A stretch of DNA of 64,000 nucleotides. Source: Antedon mediterranea. Lineage: Eukaryota > Animalia > Echinodermata. Positions 58,280 to 64,000 of this stretch are shown here, piece by piece. The DNA is taken from the NCBI RefSeq assembly GCF_964355755.1, contig NC_092676.1, positions 24,322,871-24,386,870 of the forward strand, written 5' to 3'. The translations under genes were made by a program, and so were the position numbers. A model generated the notes under the pieces. It saw nothing but the letters and a program-made list of their open reading frames with translations, was not told the DNA's origin and ran no database searches. How positions within the stretch are numbered: position 1 is the first letter of the stretch; every line of letters starts with the position of its first letter.

Positions 58280-59257
58280 AGATAGACTTGTCGTGCATAA
58301 AAAAATAATTAAATCATACATAACACATTATCGAAATGCATAACCGAGAAAAATTAAATGTTAAATCCACTCTTATCTGGTAACATATAAGTTAAAATAA
58401 CAAAATTGTGAAATTGTGCAAATATCTATAAAATTCCTTATATTAAATTAAATTGAAATCATTGAAATCTTTGACTTATAGTTTTATTTGTTATGTTATC
58501 ATCGTTTGTCGTTGTAGTACAGTGTGTGTGTGAGTGTGTGTTTTCAAGCCTGATATGACTATGGGGACCATGATAATATGACGAGGCCTACTGTATACCT
58601 AATTAAAAAAAAAATGCATTTACTATAGGCTTCACCTACGCGTTTTTTTAAAGTGAAATTTGAGGACTATTCAACCTATTTTTGGTTACAAGTATAACTT
58701 AACGCTATATTTAATCATGACGTTATAACTATTACCCCATCACCACAGGTTGCTATTAGTACTCTCCACTACTGTTGAACAACTTTAATTAAAGTTAATA
58801 TTAATAATAATATTATATTATTTTCATTCGTTACTGTTGAATAATTAAATATTGGACAATCAAACAAGTATTGTAGATATCAAATCAAATATACTTTATT
58901 CATCATCGATATAAAGGAACACTTACAAATTATTGAAAAGGCGGATTCCAGTCGTATTATACAATGGCTATTTTTGTCACGTAGCGTGCGGTGTATTTTG
59001 TATCCATGGTACCCCAGAAGACCTTCAATACAATAAAGATCGACATAGCCGTTTCTATAGGGTTTCCTATTGTTATTAACACAATGGTAGTCTACACTGA
59101 GCCTGACAATAAGGGTATTTGCATGCATATGAGAACCATTGTACAATATATATTTTGTTATTTGTTACTCTTCGTTACTATGTATTTAATTGAATTTCAG
59201 CATATATGCACTATACATAACACTGTAAACTGTATCTGTAGGCCTACAGAATGTATT

Positions 59258-59590
59258 CGAAATGTTAGTGGCCAAGCGGTTAAGACAGTAGAACCGCAAT
59301 ACCTTTCCATATTAACATCGGCAAGGGTTCAAGGCTCACTCGCTCCATGGTTCTGGTGGTAGAACGAGTCTTCTCGGATAAGGACTATAAACCGTAGGTC
59401 AAGTGTACACATCTGGCTCATGTGCACTTTAAAGAACCTAGTACATCTTTCGAGACGAGTAGGGGGTTATCCCGGTGTACTAGTATATCACAGCACACTG
59501 TCACACACAGACACTTATCATAACTCATCAAGAGGGCCCCTTGATTGTCAGCATACGCTGTTTAGGGTCACCCTCTATAAATAAGGTGTA
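59258..59590 (+). mobile_element. tRNA-derived SINE with a Deu/Nin-like core
   Basis: A-box agtggccaagcgg, B-box ggttcaaggc, then cggataaggactataaaccgtaggtc...taaagaacc...ttcgagacgagtagggggttatcccggtgtact, and an A-rich tail. Confidence 0.75.
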
Positions 59591-60150
59591 ATAAACAAAT
59601 ATTAACTTTAAAACAGATTTAAATTCTGTTAATTTCTCAAACTGATTTAAGAACGATTCTGAAAATCGAGTTCTTATATCTATTCACGTCAGGTAGAGAA
59701 AAGCTACTATACATAGTTTACCCTTTTTCTAACGCAAAATGTAATTCTGTATAAAATTAGTTTTGTTTTACTTTATCGGTAATACCCATTTGTTAATGAC
59801 AAATTCAAGTCGAATACAAACATTTATTTGAGTAAACTTAAAGACGGAATAAGGGATATGAAATGTCCACAATATATTAAATTCCTAATTTATTAGTTGC
59901 TTTGAAAGTACATTTAGTAAACAAGGTACCGTATGATATCAGGTTTTGAAATACAGTAATATTATTTGTGAATTATAATGAATGCATTGTAGAAGGGCTG
60001 GTGGTATAAATATAATACACAGAACAATCGATTTGTAAATATACGAACATTATTAAAGCGCAGATAGTATAATGATTATATATATAACCATGATATAACT
60101 TAATAATAAATTCCATATTAACTACACAATTATGTAACACTGCCATGAAT

Positions 60151-60266
60151 AGAGCGTCCATAGTAACCATCTTAGTAACGGTGACATTGAGTTATGACTC
60201 ACAATAGTAACTATCCAATCATTTCTTCGTACGAGGTGACTAATCTACAAGTGGTTGCTAAGATAC
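60151..60266. promoter_or_regulatory. Conserved non-coding block upstream of tubulin 4
   Basis: Paralogous to 53275-53357: GCGTCCATAGTAAC, TGACTCA, CCAAT, plus the X-box-like GTTGCTAAGATAC (60254-60266). Confidence 0.65.
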
Positions 60267-61515
60267 AATGTATGCTATATTCACCAACAATATGATCGAA
60301 ATCAATTAAATCGTATGTAAGTCCTGATGCAAGTAGGTCTACAGTAAATCGATCGAGCAAGTATGTTCATAAAAAAAATCATTAACATGATGCAGAGACG
60401 AATATATCATACGAGAAAGTATAATAACCATTTTGAAACATAAATGTCTATACAAATCCATGTTGTAACAAGGCAATATTATAGGTTGTACAGTAGCGCA
60501 TTATGGGAGTTTGGTTAGGAAAATGATATATCAAAGCATAGAGCATGATCAAAGCATTCTATACTTTACTACGAATGTCCAACTTAAAATTAAAACACCC
60601 GATTCCCAGTGCTGTATCTCCATATACTATCTATTTTTGAAATCATAGTAATATTTCGTAATACAGCCTAGTAGATACATGTGAAATAATGACATTTCAT
60701 AATCTTGATATCTTAAAATATTCATTAACATGTTATTTCTTAAAGTATTCATATCTAAGCGTATTCATTTTTCTTAATACATTACTTTTCTTAACATATT
60801 CATTTCTTAACATAGGTCATAATTCTAGCATATTCATTTCTTAACATAATCATATTTTAGCGTATTCTTTTTTGTATATCAATTTCCTTGTCATAATAAT
60901 CATATGTGATGTATTACCAAATAATCATAGGGTGCTTCGGAAATAGATACAGTACTGAGAATCTACCGAAAATATACAATAATTTACTAACAAATTCTAT
61001 CTTTTTCAAATTTAATAATGTAAAAGAACAATTAAACATGTTACAGTGTAGTCAATGCTTCGTTGGTTTTCGATCCCAGACAGCAACAATAATAAAACAC
61101 TTCTAACTCAAACAATTAAATCGATCGATCATTAAGAGCCCGTGTTAATAATAGTGAATTGAACTCAACAACATTGGGGCTCTGTTACAATAGAGCATTA
61201 ATCCCACTTGATGAAACACTCTGTAACTAATAGCCAATAAAGTTACAGCAAAACTGTGTATGCTTTCCGTTACTAGGGTACTTTTAAAACTTCATCTCAT
61301 GAATAATTAATTAGCCATTGTAATTCTGATGAATAATTAATTAACCATTGTTATAATGATAATCGGATTTGGGTAAATGCATGGGTATGTTGTAGAATAT
61401 CGGTAACTAAGGCACACTCAACTCCTTCCCTATCTTAAAGTAGGACGTACAGAGTTAGACAGACTTTTGCACTTTGTAATACATTTTGTATTTCTGTTTT
61501 GAAGCAAAACTAATC

Positions 61516-63501
<1,986 letters not shown>

Positions 63502-63889
63502 ATTACTAACTTGAAATTATAAATTAATTTGTTTGTGTAACTTTTTAAAATGTTGATTTTGAATTATGCCATGTATTCATGCCAATGATTGACTGCAATA
63601 AATTCGTATGAAAAATAAAATGTATTTATTTCTGTTTATGTTGAATGTGTAACCATTTTCCACTCTTCTCTGGTGTAACTGTGTCTATAGCTAAAGGTTT
63701 CAATCACGTTGCTGGCCATAAATTCCTCGGTGAATAATGGTAGAATGTAATAATATCAATGCTATCACACTTATATAACTATCGATGAAAATAAATTAAG
63801 ATATTATACAATAAGCATTCAGAAACTGAGTGAAACACACGGTAGTATGCAGAGGGCGACAGAGGGCGCACTAATATTTCAGCCTATAA

Positions 63890-64000
63890 TCTATATATAA
63901 ATTTACGTAAGGGCAAAATTCGGTAAATCGCGCCTTACTTCTAGAATTTTTACTCGATGGTATATAAAGTTGGTTCGTACTTTCGGTACTGATTTTAACC
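63890..64000 (+). mobile_element. 5' end of a second Helitron copy, truncated by the window edge
   Basis: A|TCTATATATAAATTTACGTAAGGGCAAAA..., nearly identical to 26846 onward. Confidence 0.85.

Noticed and set aside
58991-59362. 123-aa hydrophobic ORF
   Set aside because: Non-ATG start, AT-rich composition, and it runs into a SINE.

Overview
AT-rich animal genomic DNA with spliceosomal introns, probably from an invertebrate deuterostome (echinoderm-like; this is inference). It is not prokaryotic. From left to right: (1) the ATG-only first exon of a minus-strand gene running off the left edge; (2) a tandem array at 3.5-24.3 kb of six RING-less TRIM-NHL-like genes (B-box, coiled-coil, filamin, NHL). 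Each has a single-exon CDS, four are intact and two frameshifted, with two further remnants, and the predicted ligand-facing propeller residues are hypervariable; (3) a roughly 29-exon URB1/NPA1 gene on the minus strand (40.0 down to 24.5 kb), whose last visible exon ends in a strong donor pointing into the TRIM array; (4) four alpha-tubulin genes (one minus, three plus, one with a 1-nt frameshift). They have ATG-only first exons, many RFX X-box-like sites and, in three, a shared 5' leader element; (5) between the first two tubulins, a secreted neuropeptide precursor gene. Its C-terminal peptide resembles echinoderm somatostatin-2 (C-x-x-D-W-W-K), but the closing Cys is replaced by Tyr and there is an extra upstream Cys. 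Interspersed repeats include Helitron, Helentron/HINE, Kolobok-like MITEs, a P-like TIR element, Deu/Nin-type SINEs, an L2 fragment and a minimal hammerhead ribozyme. All family assignments come from motif recognition, without database searches.
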